From an uncultured Deferribacteres bacterium (lineage in GTDB: Bacteria; Zhuqueibacterota; Zhuqueibacteria; Zhuqueibacterales; Geothermadaptataceae): a stretch of 17,543 nucleotides of DNA. The position numbers and the translations under genes were made by a program. Under the pieces are notes generated by a model that worked only from the letters and a program-made list of their open reading frames with translations, had not been told where the DNA came from and made no database searches. Location: positions 1 through 17,543 of the forward strand of contig CAXHAT010000165.1 of assembly GCA_964014485.1 (NCBI GenBank), in the 5' to 3' direction. Positions 1 to 6,789 of the stretch are shown here, one piece after another (the first letter of the stretch is position 1; every line of letters begins with the position of its first letter).

Positions 1-20
1 AAATTCTTGTAAAAATTAGA

Positions 21-93
21 GTAATACCCGCGCAAGGCTGGACAGTAAATGACTGACCGTCAGTTCTGCAACAGCCTGCTGCGCGGGAATGAC
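21..93. repeat. REP/REPIN-like long imperfect inverted repeat (GTCATTCCCGCG type)
   Basis: GTAATACCCGCGCA (21-34) pairs with TGCGCGGGAATGAC (80-93) at 12/14. AGGCTG (35-40) pairs with CAGCCT (72-77), and there is an inner palindrome ACTGAC-C-GTCAGT (52-64). It lies just 3' of the minus-strand gene ending at 165. Confidence 0.6.
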
Positions 94-164
94 TTTAAAA
101 GGAGTTTCTTTGGCTTCTTAGCTGGCGCGTAACATCAGTTTTTAATTTACTTTTGCGAATGATT

Positions 165-617
165 TCAATTCTTCGGCGGGTGGCTTTGCCAGATGACGTT
201 TATAATTTTCCACTTGCCGTCTTCTTTGGCCAGATGGAAATAATCGATTCCCCAGTATGCGACGAGTTTCGCGCTTGCCGTTTTATCCAGCATGTCCAGA
301 ACAACGATTTCCTTTTTTTCCGTTTTCGCGTCGACGCGCCCCTTTTTGTTCCAGTTAGCCGCCAGATTAACGAGCTGTTTGTAATTCATTTCCGAACCGT
401 CGCGGTATTCGTTGCTGTCGTCCGGACGCCAATAACCGTATTTTCGCATCTTCACGTCTACGCTCTTTTCAATGCGCTCCGGAGCGACTTCATAAATGCC
501 TTCCACATAATCGAGCACTGCTGATTTTACCGCAATTTCCTCGTCGCTGGCCGATGACATGTTCATAAGTGCAAACACGCTCAAAGCAGCCGCCGATAGA
601 AGTAAGCCTTTTTTCAT
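165..617 (-). CDS. Secreted NTF2-like / putative lumazine-binding (Lumazine_bd_2-like) protein, 150 aa
   Basis: N-terminal signal peptide MKKGLLLSAAALSVFAL. Family-like segments AVLDYVEGIY, DKTASAKL and GIDYFHLAKEDGKWKIINVIW. Strong SD (AAGGAG) upstream of the ATG. Confidence 0.8.
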   Translation of the reverse strand: MKKGLLLSAAALSVFALMNMSSASDEEIAVKSAVLDYVEGIYEVAPERIEKSVDVKMRKYGYWRPDDSNEYRDGSEMNYKQLVNLAANWNKKGRVDAKTEKKEIVVLDMLDKTASAKLVAYWGIDYFHLAKEDGKWKIINVIWQSHPPKN

Positions 618-695
618 CTCATTCTCCTTTCCTTATGCTTCAAAATGATTTTTCGCGTCCGTACAAATCATGCACGTCGGGCGAAATTGGTGTGT

Positions 696-719
696 ACAAG
701 TTACAAGACCCGTCCTACG
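696..719. repeat. Degenerate GTAG-type REP half
   Basis: ACAAGTTACAAGACCCGTCCTACG; the reverse complement begins CGTAGGACGGGTC. It shares CCCGTCCT(A/G)CG with the hairpin at 2840-2869. Confidence 0.35.
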
Positions 720-850
720 CAAAGAAGGTTTATCTTTATTTTCTTGCTCACAGCTCTTATGCGCTCGCTTGGTGATCTGTCTTCTGACTTAAACTATCGC
801 TTGTCGCATCATTCCCGTGGATTTCCGCCGGAGTTTATCTTCGTGAAGAC

Positions 851-1071
851 CTGACCTTTACCCATAAGTCCGGGCAAGAACTTAGCTCCAAAGGAGCGGA
901 ATGTAATAGCGAGGGGCAACGCCCTGGAAAATGAGCGCCCCGTGTCTTCTTCAATGCCCTGAAAGGGCGGCATAGTGCGGCGTCGCAGCCAGGACAGCAA
1001 TTTATTTCGCACTTTCATTATACGAGGGCTTTTTCAAACTGCCCAACCCCAAACCTATGGGTAAGAGTTAG
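851..1071. mobile_element. Non-autonomous MITE (221 bp) with IS4-family IS50/Tn5-like terminal inverted repeats
   Basis: Left end is CTGACCTTTACCCATAAGT (851-869). The right end (1053-1071) reverse-complements to CTAACTCTTACCCATAGGT. The ends are 15/19 identical to each other and each is 14/19 identical to the IS50 outside end CTGACTCTTATACACAAGT. Flanks are 9-bp direct repeats CGTGAAGAC (842-850) and CGTGAAGGC (1072-1080). No transposase ORF inside. Confidence 0.8.
884..974. repeat. Cluster of three small hairpins inside the MITE (GCCCTGAAAGGGC type, REP or IS200-end-like)
   Basis: GCTCC-AAA-GGAGC-GGAAT (885-902), GGGC-AAC-GCCC (914-924) and GCCCT-GAA-AGGGC-GGCAT (956-973). The first and third differ by compensatory stem changes. 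Confidence 0.55.
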
Positions 1072-1213
1072 CGTGAAGGCGGGGGCGCGAATGACCCAAA
1101 CAAAGGTTTTGGAAAAGCTCTTCAAAGCCGCCTGCAACCATATTCAAATTTCGGAATACTGTTTGCGATTGTGGCGCTACAGACAAAATCGGAGAGATTT
1201 TAGGGGGACGATC

Positions 1214-1243
1214 TTGCCGCAAAACGCTTCGGATTGATACAAT
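1214..1243 (+). promoter_or_regulatory. Putative sigma70 promoter with extended -10
   Basis: TTGCCG (1214-1219), 18-nt spacer, TG at 1235-1236, TACAAT (1238-1243). It overlaps the TTG start called in the ORF track, which favours ATG 1261 or 1273 as the real start. Confidence 0.5.
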
Positions 1244-1272
1244 CAAAAAACGAAAATGTAATGGAACCGCCT

Positions 1273-2829
1273 ATGTTGAAGAAAAACTTACCGCTTTTTG
1301 TAATTGCTGCTATTTTCATGACTTTTACACTTTCGCCGCTATTTGCACAGGGATCGGGCTTGGTTCAAGTGCTTGTCAATGCTGAAATTTATTCTTCGCT
1401 TTCCGAACATATCGCTGAATATGAATCCGATTTGGAAAACGAAGGCTACACAGTCGAAGTCACTGCGCAAGCCTGGGACGGCGCGGAAGAAATTCGAGCA
1501 TTCCTGCAAACGCAGTACGAAAACGGGCTGGTCGGAGCGGTTTTCGTCGGAAAGTTGCCGATGGCCATGTTCAATGTGCCGCGAAACTTACACGAATCCT
1601 ACCGGCACGACTTCGAAACGCCGCTTTACTTTATGGATTTGGACGGCGCGTGGGGCGGCGAAGATCAGGGCGTTTTTACCTCCCACAATGGAGATACGCA
1701 AGCTGAAATTTGGACAGGTTTTATTCGTGCAGACAATTTACAGGAACTCGGCGACGAAACGACGCTCTTGAAAAAGTACTTTGAGAAAATCCACAACTAT
1801 CGGCTTGGCAACCACTACGCGCCGCCGAGACGCGCTTTCCGGTTCTATTACACGATTAAGCCAAACTACCAAAACCTTGAGTCAATCTATTTTGAAATTT
1901 TCGATTCAGGCTGCAATGTTTCCGCGGATCAACTAAAGAGCATTTTTGACGATGAGGAAGGCTATGAATTCGCCGTCGTAAACACGTCGTCCGGCGCCAG
2001 CGTTCATCATTTTCATCACCAGCCGTTCTGGCCATTGCCGGAAGCTTACTGGAGCGAGCATCACACTTCACAATCGACGGAGCCTGTAGTAGATTGTGAA
2101 GACGATTGCGACGTGAGTTGGAGGAACGTCCAAGAAGCGAACCCCAAAATTCTGTTTTATCATCTCGCCACTTCAGAAACCGGGCGTTTCGACCATGAAA
2201 ACAGTCTCAGCGGGAGCTACACATTCGGAACAGACTATGGGCTGGCGACACTGGCTGCGGCTCAGCACACGATCATCGGCGATCATTTTTACCAGCCGCT
2301 GGCGGACGGTGCGACTTTCGGCGAAGCATACTTGCAGGATATGAATAAATTTATTGACGATTTTGAAGCGGGCGGCAACACTTCAACCGTGTGGTGCCCC
2401 GACTGGGATTTTACCAACGGCAAGGCGGAGAAGCTGACGCAGAGCTTTTACGCCGCCGTCATTGTCGGCGATCCAACCCTGACCTTGCCCAAGAGCCCGC
2501 TGTCTTCGGTTGAAGAATCTCAGCCGGAACAACCCGCCGCTTTTGCGCTTTCTGAAAGTTACCCAAATCCGTTTTCAATTGGTTCCGAGACCAGATTGCA
2601 ACTCCATGGCGACGCCTTTGTGAGCGCCAAAGTTTATGACGTCGCCGGGCGCATCGTTGCGGAGATTTTAGACGGCAATCTACAGCGGGGCGAGCACGTA
2701 TTGCGTTGGAACGGAACGTCCGTTCAGCGCAGCAAGTTGGCCAACGGCGTGTATTTTCTTGCGGTAAGCGTTCAAGACCGCGCCGGCTTTCGTTTTCGCC
2801 AAGCGCGTCGACTTTTGTTGATGCGATAG
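1273..2829 (+). CDS. Secreted peptidase C25 (gingipain)-like protein with C-terminal T9SS type A / FlgD Ig-like sorting domain; probably catalytically degenerate
   Basis: Signal peptide MLKKNL...SPLFA|Q. C25-like segments YESDLENEGYTVEV, GLVGAVFVGKLP, LYFMDLDG, AEIWTGFI and IVGDPTLTL. C-terminal YPNPF...VYDVAGRIV...WNG...GVYFL. The start could instead be ATG 1261. Confidence 0.7.
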   Translation: MLKKNLPLFVIAAIFMTFTLSPLFAQGSGLVQVLVNAEIYSSLSEHIAEYESDLENEGYTVEVTAQAWDGAEEIRAFLQTQYENGLVGAVFVGKLPMAMFNVPRNLHESYRHDFETPLYFMDLDGAWGGEDQGVFTSHNGDTQAEIWTGFIRADNLQELGDETTLLKKYFEKIHNYRLGNHYAPPRRAFRFYYTIKPNYQNLESIYFEIFDSGCNVSADQLKSIFDDEEGYEFAVVNTSSGASVHHFHHQPFWPLPEAYWSEHHTSQSTEPVVDCEDDCDVSWRNVQEANPKILFYHLATSETGRFDHENSLSGSYTFGTDYGLATLAAAQHTIIGDHFYQPLADGATFGEAYLQDMNKFIDDFEAGGNTSTVWCPDWDFTNGKAEKLTQSFYAAVIVGDPTLTLPKSPLSSVEESQPEQPAAFALSESYPNPFSIGSETRLQLHGDAFVSAKVYDVAGRIVAEILDGNLQRGEHVLRWNGTSVQRSKLANGVYFLAVSVQDRAGFRFRQARRLLLMR

Positions 2830-2839
2830 GTTGTATTTA

Positions 2840-2884
2840 CGCAGGATGGGAATGCTCGCCCGTCCTGCGCTTATCGTTCTTTTG
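2840..2884 (+). terminator. Stem-loop after the C25-like gene (terminator or GTAG-REP-like hairpin)
   Basis: CGCAGGATGGG (2840-2850) pairs with CCCGTCCTGCG (2859-2869): 11 bp with one G-U and loop AATGCTCG. A T-rich tract follows, though not immediately adjacent. Confidence 0.5.
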
Positions 2885-3143
2885 TCTCGCGCTTCTTCCT
2901 TTCCCGCCTCTAAGTCTTGCTAGAATCATCCATTTTATTATTTTAACTCTCCCAAAGAGCATTGCCGGCAACAAGTGCAACCATTGCGAGTAAGCGCCTG
3001 TCTTTCCAGAGACGTCGGAGTCATTTCTTTGCGGAGTGCAGCGCTCTGGAATTATGTTATTCGAATAAGACCGTAAGCGCGGCTGGAAAGCTCATGAGCG
3101 ACTGGCTTTCCATTCTAAACAGACAATTTCGTTTTGCCTGAAT

Positions 3144-6100
3144 ATGCATCTACGCCTTCAAAAAATTCTTCTTTTGTTATGCTGTCTTGCGTTCGGCGCC
3201 CAGCAATCCAGGGCGCAAGCTCGCCAGTTGCCCGTTGAGGTTTTCTCACTTGAGCAGGGCTTGTCGCACTGGGTCATCCTCACAATCATACAAGATCACG
3301 ACGGCTATTTGTGGATCGGCACGGGAGGCGGATTGAACCGGTACGACGGAGAGCGTTTTCAGACCTTCATTCACGATCCGGAAGATTCTTCAAGCCTGTC
3401 TAACAATTATGTTTCAGCCCTGCACGAATCATCACACAACGACGAGAGAATACTTTGGGTTGGCTCGGAAGGCGGCGGGTTGTCGCGCTTGGCCGTTGAC
3501 AGCTTGGGCAGGCAAACCTTTTTTCACTACAAATCCGACCCGGCGATTGAGCAGAGCCTTTGCGATGATTTTGTGACCTCATTGGCTTCAACAGAAGCGG
3601 GCTTGTGGATCGGCACGACAAACGGGCTTTGTCTGCTGCCCTGGCAGGAGATTCACACCGGGCGCTTCACGTCTTTTTTTCACAATCCCGCGGATTCGCT
3701 CAGTTTGGCGGGCGATGAAGTCAACGCCTTGTTTACCGACAGCGACGGCGGGCTCTGGATCGGTACGGAAGACGGGCTTTCAAGGCTTGAATACGGCGAT
3801 GACGGGAACATGTTTTTCACCTCTTTCAAGCCGGATTCTAAAAATCCAACCAGCTTGTCCGGAAGAAGCGTTACAGCGATTCATGAGACAAAAAGCGGTT
3901 CAGATCGCTGGCTCTGGTTAGGCGTTGGGCAGCGGTTGGCCCGATTGAATCTCGTGCAATGGGAATCGGGCGTTTTTGAACATTACCGGCACGCTCCGGC
4001 GGCAAGGTTCAGACGCGCCGGAGCATCCATACAAACCATTACGTCAACAAACGTCGACGGGCGGCAGGCGCTTTGGGTGGGCGCAACCAAGGGGCTTTCA
4101 AAACTTGTACTGGATTCGACGGAACCGGCGTCATTTGAAAACTATTACTCGGAATTTGGCGGAAACAGAGGGTTGAGCGATGATTATATTCACGCCGCAT
4201 TCGTCGATCACGCCGGGGTTCTCTGGATTGGCACGGACGACGGCCTGAACAAATACAATCCCTACAAAAACAGATTCACCAGTTTTTCTCGCGAAGTCGG
4301 CGGCAGTGACGACAATGTAGTTGACGCTTTAATAACGACTCAGGAAGGCGATGAAGAAATTGTTTGGGTCGGCGCCTGGGGCGGCGGGCTTACGCAATTG
4401 CGCCGCATGCAAAACAATGGCCCCGCTTTTCAATCTTTGAGCTTCGGTAAAACGCTCCAGAACCAAGCTCATTTTCGATATATTCGCGCTTTCGGTTACT
4501 CGGAATTCGCGGCTGAAAAACACCTTTGGATCGGAACTGATGGGGAGGGGCTTTTTCAAGTAAAAATTAATTCCCCGGACAAAGGGAGATTGACGCATTT
4601 CAGACACGACGACGTTAACCCGAACAGCCTGGTCAATAATCAGATCAGGGTCATCCATATTGCGCCGGAGCAAAAACGCATATGGATCGGCACGGCCGTC
4701 GGACTTTCCAGAATCGATTTTGACGACGACGGCCAAGTAAATTTCAAGAACTACAATGAAAGTTCGCTCTCAAACATCGGCTTTGTAAACGACGAAATCA
4801 AAGCGTTGCACCAGACAAACATGTTTGGCCAATGGATGCTCTGGATTGGCACGGACGGCGGCGGTCTGGCCCGTTTGTTCGTTGACGATATTGGCGAGGA
4901 AGTTTTCCAAACTTATCGCCATGAACCCGGAAATCATAAGAGTTTGAAAAATAACGTCGTGCGGACGATTCTGATTCGTGAGAACGCGAATCAACGAAAA
5001 GAAGTCTGGCTCGGAACGGATCAAGGGCTTGCACGTCTTGCTCAGGACGACATTGAAAACGGCATTTTCACACATTATTCAACCGATGACGGCCTGCCGT
5101 CCAATCAAATTGTCGGCTTGCAGGGAGATGATCGCGGGCGCATTTGGATCAGCACAAATCGCGGCGTTTCCCGATTCGACCCTGGGTCAGATTCGCGGAA
5201 ATTTCGTAACTACGGGGTCGTGGACGGTTTGCAGAGCTGGGAGTTTAACCAGGGCGCGCACCATACAAGCGCGCGCGGCGAGATATATTTTGGCGGAGAA
5301 AAAGGCTTTAACGTTTTTCATCCAGACAGCATCCGCGACAACCCGCACCCGCCAAGACTTGTTTTAACCGAATTTCGGATATTAGACCAACCGGTTACGC
5401 CGGGCGACGAAAATTCCCCCTTGCAAAAACCGATTTCCGAGACGGAACGCATTGAGCTAACGCATGAGCAAAATGTTTTCTCATTCAACTTTCGCGGTCT
5501 CCATTTCTCAGATTCCGAAAAAATCAAGTATCGCTATTTTCTGTTAGGTTATGACCGCGACTGGCAGGTTACCGACAGCGCGCAGCCCACGGCGCGTTAC
5601 TCCAATGTTTCAGCCGGCGATTACATTTTTTTCGTCTCCGCCGCAAACAGTGACGGCGTTTGGAATGAAAACCCAATCCAGGTCGACATAAAAATTTCAC
5701 CGCCGTACTGGCAAACATGGCCGTTTTTATCCCTATTCGCCTTCGTCGTCGCCATGGCGGGATACAGCATTTATCGCCTCATTTTAAGTTCGAAATTGGA
5801 AAAGGCGCGCATACGCAGCGAATTGAATACGGCACGAAACATCCAGCTTGGATTGATGCCCCAGTCGCCGCCGAAAATCGCGGAACTGGACGTGGCGGGA
5901 ATTTGCAAACCCGCCGAAGAGGTCGGCGGCGATTATTTTGATTACATTTGGCTCGATGAAAGAAGGACGAAAATCGGCGTTGCCGTGGCCGACGTCAGCG
6001 GAAAAGCAATGGCCGGAGCGATGACGGCGGTGATGACCAGCGGCATGATTTACGGCGAAGCGGGCGGCAACAGTGCGCCAAAGTCGATTCTCCGAAAAAT

Positions 6101-6548
6101 TAACCGGCCGTTGTTCCACAAAACAGATCGCCGTATTTTTACCGCAATGTTGTTTGCCGCGTTTGACACGCAAGCCAAGACGCTCGTTTTGGCAAACGCA
6201 GGGCAAACGCCGCCGCTGTTTTTGCGCAATGGATCGTTCGAATACATTACGGTTAACGGCGTGCGTTTTCCGCTTGGCTTGCAAAAAAATGCGGCCTATG
6301 AAGAGACGGAAATCAAATTGCAAAGCGGCGACGTGCTCATTTTTTACACCGACGGCGTTCCCGAAACCATGAACGCCAGGCAAGAAGAGTTTGACTATGA
6401 AGGCATGGAAAGGACGGTTCGCCAAAAAATAACTCCCGCGATGAATGCGAACGATATTCTGGAAACGTTCATCCAGGAAGTGCAATTGTTTTCCAAAAGT
6501 TCGCAACAGCATGATGATTTGACCATGGTGGTCGTAAAAGTCGCGTAG
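3144..6548 (+). CDS. Membrane sensor phosphatase: two 7-bladed beta-propellers (Reg_prop) + Y_Y_Y domain + one TM helix + PP2C/SpoIIE (RsbU-like) domain
   Basis: Signal peptide. Fourteen (L/I/V)W(I/V/L)GTxxGL-type blades. Y_Y_Y segment YRYFLLGYDRDW...YSNVSAGDYIFFVSAANSDGVWN, then PPYWQTW and a TM helix. PP2C motifs ARNIQ, VGGDYFD, ADVSGK, YTDGV and DDLT. Confidence 0.92.
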   Translation: MHLRLQKILLLLCCLAFGAQQSRAQARQLPVEVFSLEQGLSHWVILTIIQDHDGYLWIGTGGGLNRYDGERFQTFIHDPEDSSSLSNNYVSALHESSHNDERILWVGSEGGGLSRLAVDSLGRQTFFHYKSDPAIEQSLCDDFVTSLASTEAGLWIGTTNGLCLLPWQEIHTGRFTSFFHNPADSLSLAGDEVNALFTDSDGGLWIGTEDGLSRLEYGDDGNMFFTSFKPDSKNPTSLSGRSVTAIHETKSGSDRWLWLGVGQRLARLNLVQWESGVFEHYRHAPAARFRRAGASIQTITSTNVDGRQALWVGATKGLSKLVLDSTEPASFENYYSEFGGNRGLSDDYIHAAFVDHAGVLWIGTDDGLNKYNPYKNRFTSFSREVGGSDDNVVDALITTQEGDEEIVWVGAWGGGLTQLRRMQNNGPAFQSLSFGKTLQNQAHFRYIRAFGYSEFAAEKHLWIGTDGEGLFQVKINSPDKGRLTHFRHDDVNPNSLVNNQIRVIHIAPEQKRIWIGTAVGLSRIDFDDDGQVNFKNYNESSLSNIGFVNDEIKALHQTNMFGQWMLWIGTDGGGLARLFVDDIGEEVFQTYRHEPGNHKSLKNNVVRTILIRENANQRKEVWLGTDQGLARLAQDDIENGIFTHYSTDDGLPSNQIVGLQGDDRGRIWISTNRGVSRFDPGSDSRKFRNYGVVDGLQSWEFNQGAHHTSARGEIYFGGEKGFNVFHPDSIRDNPHPPRLVLTEFRILDQPVTPGDENSPLQKPISETERIELTHEQNVFSFNFRGLHFSDSEKIKYRYFLLGYDRDWQVTDSAQPTARYSNVSAGDYIFFVSAANSDGVWNENPIQVDIKISPPYWQTWPFLSLFAFVVAMAGYSIYRLILSSKLEKARIRSELNTARNIQLGLMPQSPPKIAELDVAGICKPAEEVGGDYFDYIWLDERRTKIGVAVADVSGKAMAGAMTAVMTSGMIYGEAGGNSAPKSILRKINRPLFHKTDRRIFTAMLFAAFDTQAKTLVLANAGQTPPLFLRNGSFEYITVNGVRFPLGLQKNAAYEETEIKLQSGDVLIFYTDGVPETMNARQEEFDYEGMERTVRQKITPAMNANDILETFIQEVQLFSKSSQQHDDLTMVVVKVA

Positions 6549-6593
6549 GTTTAAACTTGCTTTGCAAAAATCATCATTCTGAAACTTACTGCC

Positions 6594-6684
6594 TGTCATT
6601 CCGGAAGAATCTTTGTTATCGCCTGGCGCATATTGCGCTCATAAGTTTTGGGTTTAGAATAAAGAAGATGCTTCGAGCATGACA
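6594..6684. repeat. REPIN-like inverted repeat (TGTCAT...ATGACA)
   Basis: TGTCATTCCGGAAGAATCTT (6594-6613) matches the reverse complement of AAGATGCTTCGAGCATGACA (6665-6684) at 16/20. Inner hairpin GCGCA-TAT-TGCGC. Confidence 0.55.
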
Positions 6685-6789
6685 ACCCCGAATTTTTTCT
6701 ATGTATCAAAAGGTTGGATAAAGGCGCTAAACAACAACCGTCCGAGCTTGTACAACTGCATAAACCGAAATATTAACGAGGGTGGAACC

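Larger units (their letters stand above)
818..1095. repeat. GTCATT-type REP palindrome interrupted by the 851-1071 insertion
   Basis: Joining 818-850 to 1081-1095 gives a sequence whose reverse complement is GTCATTCGCGCCCCCGTCTTCACGAAGATAAACTCCGGCGGAAATCCA, a GTCATT...ATCCA imperfect palindrome. Its end GCGCGAATGAC resembles GCGCGGGAATGAC at 81-93. Confidence 0.65.

Noticed and set aside
153..524. 123-aa + strand ORF
   Set aside because: Antisense shadow of the well-supported 165-617 gene, with no recognisable motifs.
569..1246. Short ORFs (63-69 aa) in the first intergenic region
   Set aside because: They cross REP/MITE boundaries and have no convincing RBS or protein motifs. None resembles a transposase.
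1234..1272. TTG start at 1234
   Set aside because: It overlaps the predicted -10 element, and the signal peptide begins at ATG 1273 (or 1261).
2851..2858. Hairpin loop AATGCTCG, complementary over 7 nt to the candidate sRNA loop CGAGCAU (possible kissing loop)
   Set aside because: A 7-nt match is expected by chance in a window this size.
5784..6599. 271-aa minus-strand ORF
   Set aside because: Antisense to the conserved SpoIIE domain; a typical shadow ORF.
6623..6637. TGGCGCATATTGC as a sigma54 promoter (also look-alikes near 11355-11372 and 12493-12510)
   Set aside because: GG-to-GC spacing is 8 or 9 nt, or the TTGC is missing, instead of the required 10 nt. No convincing -24/-12 promoter was found.
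6672..6681. TTCGAGCATG identical to the minus-strand loop at 11641-11650
   Set aside because: Here it lies within a REP-like stem in a different structural context, so it is probably coincidental.
6679..6789. 37-aa N-terminal extension of the TonB receptor
   Set aside because: It starts inside the inverted repeat, whereas ATG 6790 has an SD and directly precedes the signal peptide.
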